64,000 nt of DNA from a virus (Duplodnaviria; Caudoviricetes): IMG/VR virus record IMGVR_UViG_3300029305_004606, positions 136,991-200,990 of that record, one strand, 5' to 3'. This document shows, one piece after another, positions 38,002 through 48,079 of this stretch; the first letter of the stretch is position 1, and each line of letters begins with the position of its first letter. Below the pieces are notes generated by a model. That model made no database searches. It was not told the DNA's origin and was given only the letters and a program-made list of their open reading frames with translations. A program made the position numbers and the translations under genes.

Positions 38002-39646
38002 TATTATTAGTATGACTACTGATATTGATGAATTGAAAGCAGATATGGCTAATTGGTGTATGCTTCCGTATGAATTGAGAATGAGAAGTATTGATGATTG
38101 TCGTAGATTATACAATGGAATGTCTGTTATTGATTTATATAATCATCTCAAAGATACTATTCTTAAACATAAAGATATCAATGATATTGATCCTGATAAT
38201 CTTGTAAAAGAATCAGTTGCTACAGATTATGATAATTATGAGAATTTGTTAGCTCAGTCCAAAGAGTTACAGAAATCTCCTTATATTGTAATTCTTGATC
38301 CTGATATTAAAGATATTGATGAGTTAAATGAGAAGTATTATTCATATTATTTGCTCAATGATAACAATAAACAGTTATCGGATACTTATTCATGGAAGAT
38401 TTGGGGAAGAAATATATATTCTATGTATATGACTCTTGCTGCAGAAATTCAATATAATGATGGCGAAGGCGAAGCAGATAAATCTAATCTGATTAAAGTA
38501 GACGAATCTAATGATTTTCTTAAAATCGGAGAAGCTGTACATGCTGTAAATGATTTCTTTAATGAAGCATTGATGGCTAGAGATATTGTTACAATGTATA
38601 AATATAAAGATAACCTTGTTTCTAGAGCAAATACAGTAACAGGTATGCTTGAATCTCTTGTTATTGATAAAGAAAAAATCTGCAAAGAAAGAAAGTTTGA
38701 TACTAGTATTTTGCCTTCCTGTGTACCTTGGTTTGTTGCAAATGAAAATGCTACAATAGAAGAACCTATAGACACACACAAATTCTATTCAGTATTGAAA
38801 TCAGTATTAAATAAATCTGATAGTTCTGATTCTGAAAAAGAAATTTTAGGATTAGGATGGAATCCTAGTGTTCCTCTCAATACAGCTTCTATGGTTTATT
38901 CGAAACAACGACAAGCTAATTTCTTTAATCATGTAGACATTATGGATCTTAAGAATTTTAAAGTTCCTGAAGGTTTAGATGTATACTGGAGAAATGATCA
39001 ATTATATCCTGTACTATTTTTCTTTGGATATGATAAGAAACCTGATCATATTACACAAACTTTGCCTAACTATAACAAAGTAGGTGTAGCATTTAAGGAA
39101 AATATAGCAAGAGTTTATACATTCGATGGAGTTGATAATACTTTTAAAGGTTTTAAAGTTGAAGGACCTTATGATTATTATTATCTTGATATTGTTGTAT
39201 TTTATATGGACAAAAAAAGCTATTTGCAGCTGCTTAATAATGTAGCTAATATTAATAATGAGAAATATATGAAGATTAATTTTAATTCTATTTTCTCTAT
39301 TTTATCAGATACTGTAAATAAATTATCTCCTGATAATATGAAGATTATCTATTCGAGATATATTAATATGCTGCTTAGAATTACTAATATCTGTAATATA
39401 GATAAAGTACCTGAAATTAGACAATATGCTAAAATGAATGACAATCTGAATATCTATAAAGTTTATTCAGGATATAGTTTAAACTTTGATAGAGAAACAG
39501 CTGCCAATATTTTTAGCAAACTTAAAGCTATTTCTGATAATCAGTTCTTAAGTTCTTCTATTACAGAAAGTATCGGTTATACATCTGAAGAATTGTTTAA
39601 CAGATTAAAAGCAGTTCCTTGTATTATGCACATCGACGAAGAGTAA
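37988..39646 (+). CDS. Putative virion protein
   Basis: 552 aa; multiple xxE-(S/A/N) sites; 'LGWNPSVP' motif; coupled to the upstream gene. Confidence 0.6.
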   Translation: MDKYNIISMTTDIDELKADMANWCMLPYELRMRSIDDCRRLYNGMSVIDLYNHLKDTILKHKDINDIDPDNLVKESVATDYDNYENLLAQSKELQKSPYIVILDPDIKDIDELNEKYYSYYLLNDNNKQLSDTYSWKIWGRNIYSMYMTLAAEIQYNDGEGEADKSNLIKVDESNDFLKIGEAVHAVNDFFNEALMARDIVTMYKYKDNLVSRANTVTGMLESLVIDKEKICKERKFDTSILPSCVPWFVANENATIEEPIDTHKFYSVLKSVLNKSDSSDSEKEILGLGWNPSVPLNTASMVYSKQRQANFFNHVDIMDLKNFKVPEGLDVYWRNDQLYPVLFFFGYDKKPDHITQTLPNYNKVGVAFKENIARVYTFDGVDNTFKGFKVEGPYDYYYLDIVVFYMDKKSYLQLLNNVANINNEKYMKINFNSIFSILSDTVNKLSPDNMKIIYSRYINMLLRITNICNIDKVPEIRQYAKMNDNLNIYKVYSGYSLNFDRETAANIFSKLKAISDNQFLSSSITESIGYTSEELFNRLKAVPCIMHIDEE

Positions 39647-39650
39647 ACTA

Positions 39651-39685
39651 TAATCCCAGAGTATTGTAAAAATACTCTGGGATTA
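39651..39685 (+). terminator. Terminator
   Basis: TAATCCCAGAGTATT/AATACTCTGGGATTA. Confidence 0.75.
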
Positions 39686-39700
39686 ACTCTATTAATAATC

Positions 39701-39717
39701 ATATATTATACTTATAA
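39701..39717 (+). promoter_or_regulatory. Early promoter
   Basis: ATATATTATA-CTTA-TAA. Confidence 0.55.
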
Positions 39718-39746
39718 TAAAATATAGTATAATAAGGAGTAAAAGT

Positions 39747-39983
39747 ATGTCTAAATCTAATAACCTTATAGGTTCGATGGAATTAAGATGTTTATCATGT
39801 ATATGTGCTGGATGTATTATAGAAGATACATGTAAAGATAAACCATGTAATAAATCACCTAGAAGTGTATATGAATGCACAGATGTATCATTTCAATGTG
39901 ATATATTAGACAGGTTGAACGGTGCAGAATACGATGACAGAGATTTTGATATTGATTTGTACGGAAGGAGAAGATTAATATGA
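39747..39983 (+). CDS. Small Cys-rich hypothetical protein
   Basis: 78 aa with 8 Cys; AAGGAG SD. Confidence 0.65.
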   Translation: MSKSNNLIGSMELRCLSCICAGCIIEDTCKDKPCNKSPRSVYECTDVSFQCDILDRLNGAEYDDRDFDIDLYGRRRLI

Positions 39984-40363
39984 GTGAAGTAAAAGAAAGA
40001 AAAATTGAAGCAGGTTTGTCTCAAGATGTAATTAATAAGTACTCTGAATTAGAAATTCAGCGAGGTATTAAAGTAGTTGAAAATGATGTATCTATATTTT
40101 GTATGGATTTTGGTGATGCAGTGAGGGCTTTAAAAGATGGAAAAAGAGTCGCAAGAAAAGGCTGGAATGGTAAAGGTATGTTTTTGTATTTTGTACCTGC
40201 TGGAAATTATAGTCCGTGTACTGAAGTGGCTAAGCAGCTGGTAAATGAAGATGGACTGGTTCCTTATGCTCCGTATATAGCTATAAAGACAGCACAAGGT
40301 TCTGTTGTACCTTGGTCAGCTTCTCACACTGATATTTTATCAGACGATTGGGAGATTGTATAA
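39980..40363 (+). CDS. tad2: DUF2829 / Thoeris anti-defence 2 (Tad2)-like nucleotide sponge
   Basis: 'MDFGDAVRALKDGKRVARKGWNGKGMFL...PYIAIKTAQG..VPWSASHTDILSDDW'. Confidence 0.85.
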   Translation: MSEVKERKIEAGLSQDVINKYSELEIQRGIKVVENDVSIFCMDFGDAVRALKDGKRVARKGWNGKGMFLYFVPAGNYSPCTEVAKQLVNEDGLVPYAPYIAIKTAQGSVVPWSASHTDILSDDWEIV

Positions 40364-40686
40364 TGAAACTCGATAAACGTAAACCTCATACAAGTACTGA
40401 ATTTGTATGTGAATTAACAAAAGACATTGATGGTATTACTTTACTTGATCATGATGATGAGATTTATCACTTTTTTCATCATTATTTGATGCTTGATGAA
40501 TTTACTATTAATCATATTAATGATGGTATACCTATAAGAGTTCCTGGATCAACAGTTGGAGGAGTTTGGGTAGATGATAATATGGTAATAACTAAGATTG
40601 TTCTTGGTACTACTAAAATTATGAGATATCCAGATGATATTGACGAAAAAATGAAAAAATATATAGGAGTGAAGATTGAACTATGA
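40363..40686 (+). CDS. Hypothetical protein
   Basis: TAATG coupling with tad2; 'IPIRVPGSTVGGVWVD'. Confidence 0.7.
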   Translation: MKLDKRKPHTSTEFVCELTKDIDGITLLDHDDEIYHFFHHYLMLDEFTINHINDGIPIRVPGSTVGGVWVDDNMVITKIVLGTTKIMRYPDDIDEKMKKYIGVKIEL

Positions 40687-41747
40687 GAATCTATAACATG
40701 CTTGGTCAAAAATTATTTAAAGACTTAGGAAATGGTTCTATTCATATGATAAGAATTGTAGGTATGAGAAAGCCATTCAAAATTACAGCCGCTACCCCTG
40801 ATCCTACAGAAATTATTATATACGATTATAATGTTCAGCAAAAGAAAAAAGTAAGAGTTTCTGAATTATCAGAATATCATCCTCTTAAACCTGATGGAAT
40901 ACTTACAGTATCAGCTGTTTGGGTTAAAGATGAAAGAGGAAAGATAACAAAAGATGTTATCATATCTGCTACAAAGTACTTAAATTTAGAATTAAAGATT
41001 TCTCAAATTCCTTTTGCTGCTTGTAGACAAAGTATCACTGATATATGGTATAATCTTTTTATCAATGACGAATCTCAGATGATGGTTGGACTTGCTGTAA
41101 ATCAGAATAACTGTCCTAGTAACTTTGATTACAGATACATGTTTGCTTGTGATAATATTGAATATTCTGATTTTATCAATTTCTATAGGACAGATACATT
41201 AGAAGATCTATATCCAATGATGGATATTAACAAGTTTAATACAGTATTATCAGATCTTTATAAGAGACATGTAAAAGCTACTAAGAAACCTGAATTAGCT
41301 TTCCGTTCAGAAGATGGTGGTTGGTGTAAAGATCTAAAAACATTATTGTCTCAGAATAATTTCCAGTATGATATTAATGAAATGCTCGACATTACAGCAG
41401 TAAACTTTACTATTGCTGATTTCTTAGAAGAAAAAGAATCTGTAGATGGTAAAGTTAAATATCCGGTAGCAAGAGAAGATTTAAAATACTGGTTATCTAT
41501 GCAGTATAAAGAGAATATCTCTGAGGCAGCATTTGTTGAATATGATCATGATATTAATCTTGGTGATTATCAGAAGAACAGATATCTCTTACTGAGAGAT
41601 AATACCAACAAATTATATCTTGTTGTATATACAATTGAAGGTCAGTTTTTTGAAGCAGATCTTGTTGAAAAATCTAAACAGATGGATTTCAGTACAAAAT
41701 TCAAAATGGATTTTTACAATAAGTACAACAAAGATAATAATAAATAG
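40683..41747 (+). CDS. Hypothetical protein
   Basis: 354-aa ORF, ATGA overlap. Confidence 0.8.
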   Translation: MRIYNMLGQKLFKDLGNGSIHMIRIVGMRKPFKITAATPDPTEIIIYDYNVQQKKKVRVSELSEYHPLKPDGILTVSAVWVKDERGKITKDVIISATKYLNLELKISQIPFAACRQSITDIWYNLFINDESQMMVGLAVNQNNCPSNFDYRYMFACDNIEYSDFINFYRTDTLEDLYPMMDINKFNTVLSDLYKRHVKATKKPELAFRSEDGGWCKDLKTLLSQNNFQYDINEMLDITAVNFTIADFLEEKESVDGKVKYPVAREDLKYWLSMQYKENISEAAFVEYDHDINLGDYQKNRYLLLRDNTNKLYLVVYTIEGQFFEADLVEKSKQMDFSTKFKMDFYNKYNKDNNK

Positions 41748-41773
41748 CCAGAATAGTAAAGCTAATTATGGTT

Positions 41774-41790
41774 ATATAATATATTAATGA
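41774..41790 (+). promoter_or_regulatory. Early promoter
   Basis: ATATAATATA-TTAA-TGA. Confidence 0.55.
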
Positions 41791-41948
41791 TAATAACGAG
41801 GAAGAATCACATTCCGTAGCATCTTATTTTTATAGGTATATTCAATTTGTGTCACTTTGTAGTGGTATAAATACTCGGTCGAACATACTTACAGTCACAG
41901 TCACAACTAAGATGACTAATGAGAAATGATAGATATCTCCCGTTGTTA
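41791..41948 (+). ncRNA. ~160-nt rod-shaped structured leader / candidate ncRNA
   Basis: Nested pairings TAATAACG/CGTTGTTA, CATCTTA/TAAGATG, TAGGTAT/ATACTTA, ATTTGTGTCACT/AGTGGTATAAAT. Confidence 0.45.
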
Positions 41949-41974
41949 AATAAATTATTTAGGAGGAACCTAAA

Positions 41975-42709
41975 ATGAGCGATGTAAAGAAAAACAACGC
42001 AACCGAAACTGAAACCAGAACACCTTATTCTATCGAGATGAATCCTCTTCCGTTTGAAGAAGATTTCAGCGGTAAGATCATTACTTCCGTACAGCTTTGT
42101 AAGCTGACTAACCAGCTCTATAGAGCAGGTTTTGCTGATTATGCTGGATGTACCTTTGAGGTAGTAAACGGAGTTCCTGTAATGAGCATGTACTTCAATC
42201 ATACTCGTCCTACTGAGGATGGTGTATACGCTTGTGAGCGTGGCGATGGTAAGGCAGCTGGTAATACGATTCTGGATCGTTCTAGAAATCGTGATCGTCA
42301 GATGAGAGAAGGAGATCGTTATAAGATCACTGAAGATGGCAAGGACGTAATTGCAAAATTACTTCATCCTCGTTTCTACAACAATGGCAAGCCTCAGTGG
42401 GGCAACCTTGTAAGTGATATTACTGACAGATCAGCAGCAAACTTCTACAATCCTAACGCAGCCGTTCAGTTAACAAAGATTACCGGTATCGATCCTCGTC
42501 GTATCTGTGCTAAGCTTTGGGGCAGCGAAGATGATTCTGACTATGGTGTTGAAGTTAAGAGCAATCTTGCATTCAACAGCCCTGCAATGCCTGCAGGACA
42601 GCAGAGTCCTAACTATGTATTGTCTATCACCAAGGCGTTCTCTGAGAACATCAAGAAGACTTACGAGTCTCTTGGTATCGGTGCTATGGGCAGCAACATC
42701 ATTCGTTAA
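41975..42709 (+). CDS. Hypothetical protein, probably highly expressed
   Basis: 244 aa; AGGAGG SD; visibly enriched in AAC/TTC/ATC/CGT codons versus neighbours. Confidence 0.8.
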   Translation: MSDVKKNNATETETRTPYSIEMNPLPFEEDFSGKIITSVQLCKLTNQLYRAGFADYAGCTFEVVNGVPVMSMYFNHTRPTEDGVYACERGDGKAAGNTILDRSRNRDRQMREGDRYKITEDGKDVIAKLLHPRFYNNGKPQWGNLVSDITDRSAANFYNPNAAVQLTKITGIDPRRICAKLWGSEDDSDYGVEVKSNLAFNSPAMPAGQQSPNYVLSITKAFSENIKKTYESLGIGAMGSNIIR

Positions 42710-42755
42710 TAATTCGATCAGGAATTGTTGCGAGTGATACAAACATGAATGAGGC

Positions 42756-42782
42756 GAGCCTAGGGTTTAATTCCCTAGGCTC
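42756..42782 (+). terminator. Terminator (CCTAG family)
   Basis: GAGCCTAGGG/CCCTAGGCTC followed by T tract. Confidence 0.75.
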
Positions 42783-42849
42783 AAATTATTTTTTGATTTC
42801 TATATAACGATAATATAAAAATCTTTAATATAAAGGAGAGTATATAAAA

Positions 42850-43290
42850 ATGGCTTTTGGAGATGCAAGTAGTTTAAGATACCATGTATTTAAGGATTAT
42901 GATATTCCGTTTGATGAAAAAGGAACTACATGTGGGGTAGTAAGATTATCTCAATGGGTTAAAGAAGGTAGTGAACCTGATGAAAGTAAAGCAAAAGTAG
43001 AGATTAGAAAAATCTATACCAGTGGAGCAGAAGAAAAAGTTGGAAAAGGATACACATTCAGTACACCTGAAGGTCCTGGAGAACTCGCTGTTGGTTTGGT
43101 AAAAGCTGGTTTTGGTGAAACAAAAGAAATTCTTAAAGCTGTAAGAGAAAGAGATGATTTCTTAGAAGCAGCAAAAACTATCAATGATGATCCTGATGCA
43201 GGAAGTGATGGAGAAATGTTTGATATGAGAGATCTTCTTTTATCTGAAGATTCTGGAAATGATTATGAAGATGATGAGGATGATGAATAA
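42850..43290 (+). CDS. PC4/YdbC-like ssDNA-binding protein with acidic tail
   Basis: 'RLSQW...KVEIRKIY...EKVGKGYTF' PC4-like pattern. Confidence 0.5.
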   Translation: MAFGDASSLRYHVFKDYDIPFDEKGTTCGVVRLSQWVKEGSEPDESKAKVEIRKIYTSGAEEKVGKGYTFSTPEGPGELAVGLVKAGFGETKEILKAVRERDDFLEAAKTINDDPDAGSDGEMFDMRDLLLSEDSGNDYEDDEDDE

Positions 43291-44387
43291 TGGGAAGAGA
43301 TGATGGAATAAAGATCAATCTTTCAAGTGTCATCTATGGAGCATATACAAAACATGATTTATTAAGAAATCTAGTATACCAAACATATGGTAATTCTAGT
43401 ATTGCAGAAGCTACAAAGTTAAATATCTTTGTTGATCTCAATTCTATATTGCATGGTTTATATAGTGAGCATAACCGTATTATATTTGATAATATTACAG
43501 ATATATCTGCTGGTATTATCAATTTATGTGCTCATTATAGACAGTTCTTCAGATATATAGGAGTTGATACTAGATTTTTCTTGATTAATTCATTGAATAC
43601 TTGTGATATAAACTGTAAGTTTGTTAATGAGTATAATGCAGAATTTAAGAGAAAAACTCAGATTACTCAGACATTAGGTGTTATTGAGAACAATATGAAA
43701 CTGTTGAAAATATTATGTCCTTATCTACCTGCAATATATTATGTAGATTCAGAACAGAATTTTGAAGTAGCAGTAATTATTGCTCATATTATAGAGATGC
43801 TTAATGATCCAAATCCTAATCTGATAATTTCAAAAGATTTTTATCCAATGCAGCTGGTTGTTAAATATAGATGGACCTCTTATTTATCTCCTCATAAGAG
43901 TAGAAATCCTAATGATGGATTTATGGGCGATACATCTTGGATGTTACCTATCAATGAGAAAGCTAATTTTAAGGAAGAATTCTGGAAGAGAATTTCTATA
44001 ATCAGAAATTGTAGCTACAATATACTACAAACTATGAGTCCTATAAATTATACTCTCTTTGCTAGTATGACCAAGATGCCTGAAAGATATTTGAAACCTC
44101 TTGTACAGAACAACAAAGCAAGAGATTTAATAACCAGTATGGTTGGTTCAGAAGATGTAAAGATTCAGATGTCTCAAGTGTTAAATAATCCTAATTTAGC
44201 TGATTATCCTTTAGCAATGATAGATGCTAGATATAAAGCTGTAGATATTGATTATATGCTTCATATATACAGAAATAGTCCTGAAGCAAAACAATTACAA
44301 TTTGTAGACTTGGAAGATATATCAGCTGTTAATAGAATAGCTGCAAAATATTATGCTAACAATCCGTTAGAATTACAAAAACTTTAA
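43290..44387 (+). CDS. PIN/5'-3' exonuclease (flap endonuclease/RNase H)-like protein
   Basis: 'LNIFVDLNS', 'FEVAVII', 'NLIISKD' spacing of a PIN fold; some acidic residues look degenerate. Confidence 0.5.
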   Translation: MGRDDGIKINLSSVIYGAYTKHDLLRNLVYQTYGNSSIAEATKLNIFVDLNSILHGLYSEHNRIIFDNITDISAGIINLCAHYRQFFRYIGVDTRFFLINSLNTCDINCKFVNEYNAEFKRKTQITQTLGVIENNMKLLKILCPYLPAIYYVDSEQNFEVAVIIAHIIEMLNDPNPNLIISKDFYPMQLVVKYRWTSYLSPHKSRNPNDGFMGDTSWMLPINEKANFKEEFWKRISIIRNCSYNILQTMSPINYTLFASMTKMPERYLKPLVQNNKARDLITSMVGSEDVKIQMSQVLNNPNLADYPLAMIDARYKAVDIDYMLHIYRNSPEAKQLQFVDLEDISAVNRIAAKYYANNPLELQKL

Positions 44388-44391
44388 TATC

Positions 44392-44417
44392 CCCATAGAG
44401 GTTTAAACCTCTATGGG
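44392..44417 (+). terminator. Terminator
   Basis: CCCATAGAGGT/ACCTCTATGGG. Confidence 0.75.
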
Positions 44418-44641
44418 AAGTTTTATTTTTTATATTTATTTCAATACAATATATAAATAGTAGATTATAGAATATATATGAACTATCTTTTAGTAATATA
44501 TTTTTTATATATTTAAGATTTATTGCTTCATAATATTTATAATAAAGTAATAATTTTTGAATATATTTTTCTTTTTACTTTATATTAATAGTGTCACAGC
44601 TATAATATATTATATAATAGAAAAATGGAGGTAAAAACAAA

Positions 44642-45518
44642 ATGAGTTATGTTGATGACATGATTGCTTCCAGAAGAGAAGCTATTAATGAAGAAGTTGA
44701 ATTAACTCCTGAACTTGTATCTGAATTTAAAGATGCAATGTTAGAATGTACTATGAATGCACTATATACAGAAGAAGAACCTTTTATTATGGTTTCTGAA
44801 GGTGCAAATATCGAAATGACCAAAGCTTTTAAAGATAGAATGGGAGAAATTATTTCTCATATGAATGCTGCAAGTAAAGCAAATGGTTCTAAAGATTGGG
44901 AAACTTCGAGAGAAGAATTAAAGAAGGCTCTCAAAGCTACAAATGATCTTGAAAATGATATCAAGAAATTGGATTTTACTGTAGGTTCAGCTTTCTTTGG
45001 ATTATTTGTAGGTAGATTTATCAGCAAAGTTCAGATGTTTATTCCTAATTTTATGGTTAAACTTGCTGCAAAAGATCTTGCTAAAAAACAGGGTATTGAT
45101 GGTAAGAAAACAGGGTATTGATGGTAAGAAAACTGTATCTGGTATGTTAGGTTCTTTGAGTAAATTAGTTCATATGGATCCTGATAGCAGTGATTTTGAA
45201 AATGGTGTACAGGATATGTTTTCAGATTATCTTGATGATATAAACAAAGTAATCAATACTGCAGGAGATCCGGAAGTTGTTAAAGCAAATAAGAGATTGC
45301 AGGTAGCTAATACTTTCAAATCTATCGTTAGTTTAGTAAAAGAAATTAGAGGTCTTGTTGCAATCTTTGGTAGATATAGAAAAGGTGATACTAGCAAAGA
45401 AGCTCTTAACCTTTACAGAAATAAGATGCTCATGGTAGTATCTGATCTTAAGAAAGTATTTTCTGCTATGATTAAGAATGTAGAGAAGAAAATTGAGATT
45501 GAGAAATCTGCTGAATAA
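44642..45518 (+). pseudogene. Head-protein paralogue split by a 22-bp tandem duplication (frameshift)
   Basis: ORFs 44642-45121 and 45063-45518 join into one frame if one copy of AAAACAGGGTATTGATGGTAAG (45085-45106 / 45107-45128) is removed. Confidence 0.75.
45085..45133 (+). repeat. Perfect 22-bp tandem duplication
   Basis: Two adjacent identical 22-mers plus a trailing AAAAC. Confidence 0.95.
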
Positions 45519-45530
45519 TATGTAATTTTG

Positions 45531-45559
45531 ATCCCTAGGCTAGAAAATAGCCTAGGGAT
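45531..45559 (+). terminator. Terminator (CCCTAG family)
   Basis: ATCCCTAGGCTA/TAGCCTAGGGAT. Confidence 0.75.
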
Positions 45560-45632
45560 ATTTATTTTTACCTTAATTAATAATATAAATATATAATCTA
45601 TAGATGATATTATAAATCTATTTAATATGAAT

Positions 45633-45644
45633 AACAATAGTATA
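45633..45644 (+). promoter_or_regulatory. Late promoter AACA-N6-TA
   Basis: AACA-ATAGTA-TA. Confidence 0.6.
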
Positions 45645-45684
45645 AAAATACAAATATTATTTTTTTAGAAAGGAAATAATTATT

Positions 45685-46338
45685 ATGGTTGTAAATGAAT
45701 ATGTTGATTTATTGATTGAATGTAAAAAAGACGAATTATTAAATGAAGCTTCAAATTCTGAAATTATCAAAGTATATAAAGATTATCATAAAAATATCAA
45801 AAAATATACAAAGTCTGCAAAAAATAATAAAAAATCAAAATTGTATAAAGCAGCTATTGATGATTTAGAAAAAGCTTTAGATGAAGTTGAAAAGATGGAA
45901 AAAGATATTAAAAATATGGACGCTACAACATTTGGAACTGTGACTAGCATTCTTATGAAGTTTTCAGGATTAATTTTCTTTAATATTGCATTAGAAGGAT
46001 ATAGAATGTTTATAATATCAGGTATGCTTTATCCAAGCGTTAGAATTACAGATATTCCAAATTTATTAAGAGCTTATGTATCAACAGTAGCAACACATGG
46101 AGGAATATTAGTAGATGGAATTTCAAGAGTTATTCCTACTCTTTTGAATACTGGTATAATTTTGTTAAAAAGTATTAAAATTCTCACTGATGCTAACGAG
46201 CAAATTAATAATGGGGAATCTTTAACTAATTCTATGAACCAGTATAGAACAATGATTTTAAATTCTTGCAAAAAGTCAAAAGAGTTTATCAATAAAGAAA
46301 TCGATGCTATAAAAGAAATTATGTCTGCTGAAAAATAA
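45685..46338 (+). CDS. Putative head protein with hydrophobic segments (paralogue family)
   Basis: Propeptide ending 'LNE-A', same layout as 30755 and 44642. Confidence 0.65.
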   Translation: MVVNEYVDLLIECKKDELLNEASNSEIIKVYKDYHKNIKKYTKSAKNNKKSKLYKAAIDDLEKALDEVEKMEKDIKNMDATTFGTVTSILMKFSGLIFFNIALEGYRMFIISGMLYPSVRITDIPNLLRAYVSTVATHGGILVDGISRVIPTLLNTGIILLKSIKILTDANEQINNGESLTNSMNQYRTMILNSCKKSKEFINKEIDAIKEIMSAEK

Positions 46339-46417
46339 AATGATTTATATTTATGACATAATTACTTCAAGAAGAAAATCAAGATTGAAAAATATACTGA
46401 ATAATATTATTAATTTC

Positions 46418-46444
46418 TCCCTAGGCTCTTATCAAGCCTAGGGA
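46418..46444 (+). terminator. Terminator (CCCTAG family)
   Basis: TCCCTAGGCT/AGCCTAGGGA. Confidence 0.75.
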
Positions 46445-46549
46445 TATTTATTTTTACTACCTATATAACTTTTCTATAATGAGATTATTTACATTATATT
46501 ATTTATTATCTATTAAATTAAAATCTAAAAGAAAAGAGGAAATGAAACT

Positions 46550-47344
46550 ATGGCAATCGGTGGAAACTATGAAAACAATTACGGTAACTCAAATGGTTAC
46601 CAGTCCAACGGCTCTCAGAATTCTAACAAGGCTTATGAAGCTACATATTATTCTCGTTTGAGATTTAAGAATAAGAATGATATGCTTACTATCAACTATC
46701 GTTCCGGTCTTATGATTCTTGATTTGGGTTCAGTTGGTTCTGAAGGATTTAAGTTCAATTCTGCAATTCAGATTTACTTATCTCCTACAAAAGCTCATTT
46801 ACTTGTTGATCAGATGAATGCTTTCTTAAAGTATAGAGCCGGAGATGATATTGATCCTGCAAGAGGATTTGGTGTAAATACCGGTATGGGTGAAAAAGTA
46901 TCTTTCATTGCATTTTCTACAGATGCAGATAAGATTATCTATATCAACATTGGTAAGTTTGACGGTAATGGTGTAATTACAGAGTCTTACAGATTTGCTC
47001 TTAATCATGAATACAACTATGCTCTTGAGTGGTCTGATGTAAACGCTAACAAACTTTCAAGAGTATTTGATGAAGAAGTAGAAATTACAATGCTCAAGAA
47101 TGCTATTGAAGACTTCTCTAGAACTTCTAATGGTGCAGTTGGATATGCTGTAGCAGATATGGCTCGTTGGGATACTCACAGATTGAACAGAAGAATTGAT
47201 CAGATTTTTGATAAGCTTGGAATTGAGCGTCAGTCTTACAATGGAAATGGTGGTAACAGAGGTTCTAACAACTTCCTGGACAATGCTTCTTCATCTTCAA
47301 GAAGTACAAGTTTGGAAGAAATGGAAGACTTATTGGAAGGTTAA
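46550..47344 (+). CDS. Hypothetical protein, possibly ssDNA-binding
   Basis: 264 aa; beta-rich core, G/N/S-rich linkers, acidic C-terminal tip. Confidence 0.55.
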   Translation: MAIGGNYENNYGNSNGYQSNGSQNSNKAYEATYYSRLRFKNKNDMLTINYRSGLMILDLGSVGSEGFKFNSAIQIYLSPTKAHLLVDQMNAFLKYRAGDDIDPARGFGVNTGMGEKVSFIAFSTDADKIIYINIGKFDGNGVITESYRFALNHEYNYALEWSDVNANKLSRVFDEEVEITMLKNAIEDFSRTSNGAVGYAVADMARWDTHRLNRRIDQIFDKLGIERQSYNGNGGNRGSNNFLDNASSSSRSTSLEEMEDLLEG

Positions 47345-47347
47345 GCT

Positions 47348-48079
47348 ATGGCTGCACAGATTAAAAGTGCTAGTAGATTATGGGGTGAATTTGAAATAAA
47401 ATTCACCCCACTTATTAGTTTCTATACTATTGTAGATAGAGATATGGGTCTTATTAAAGATATCTTAATAAATTATAGGAACGAAAATGTATTTGACCTA
47501 AAGAAAGATAAAAGATATTTTGAGATTCTTGCAGAGGTCTATAAAAGAAAAGAAGAGAATCCTTTATATTGTCTGCTTAAAATTGATAATGTTGAATCAA
47601 GAGCATTTGTTGATGAATGTTATGAAGAGTTTATAACTGAAAGGGAAGCAGAAATTTTATCTTATGCTGTTACTACAGATATATACCATCTTGTAAGACA
47701 GTTTATCAATTCTTCGGAAATAATTCCTACAATTTTGTATTATACTCAAGCACAGAAAGAAGTTATTGATAAAGATCCATTGTTATCTAAGATTAAGTCT
47801 ATAAGTATTGAAGAATTGACCAATCATCCTGAATTAAAAGATCAGTTTGAACAGTTTTATTTTAAATACTTGGAAGAAGCAGAAATGTTTTGGGAATTAA
47901 AAAATAGAACTTTTTACTTTTCAACAACTGCTAGAAATCTCAATGATAATAATGATGATATTAATATCTCTAATGAGGAAGTATTTGAGATTTACAAAAA
48001 AGGAAATAAGATAAATCTATTTGATATATATCGAATGGATATTATAGGAGGATATAATAATAATGGAAGTAGTGAATAA
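47348..48079 (+). CDS. Hypothetical protein
   Basis: 243-aa ORF in an operon. Confidence 0.8.
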   Translation: MAAQIKSASRLWGEFEIKFTPLISFYTIVDRDMGLIKDILINYRNENVFDLKKDKRYFEILAEVYKRKEENPLYCLLKIDNVESRAFVDECYEEFITEREAEILSYAVTTDIYHLVRQFINSSEIIPTILYYTQAQKEVIDKDPLLSKIKSISIEELTNHPELKDQFEQFYFKYLEEAEMFWELKNRTFYFSTTARNLNDNNDDINISNEEVFEIYKKGNKINLFDIYRMDIIGGYNNNGSSE

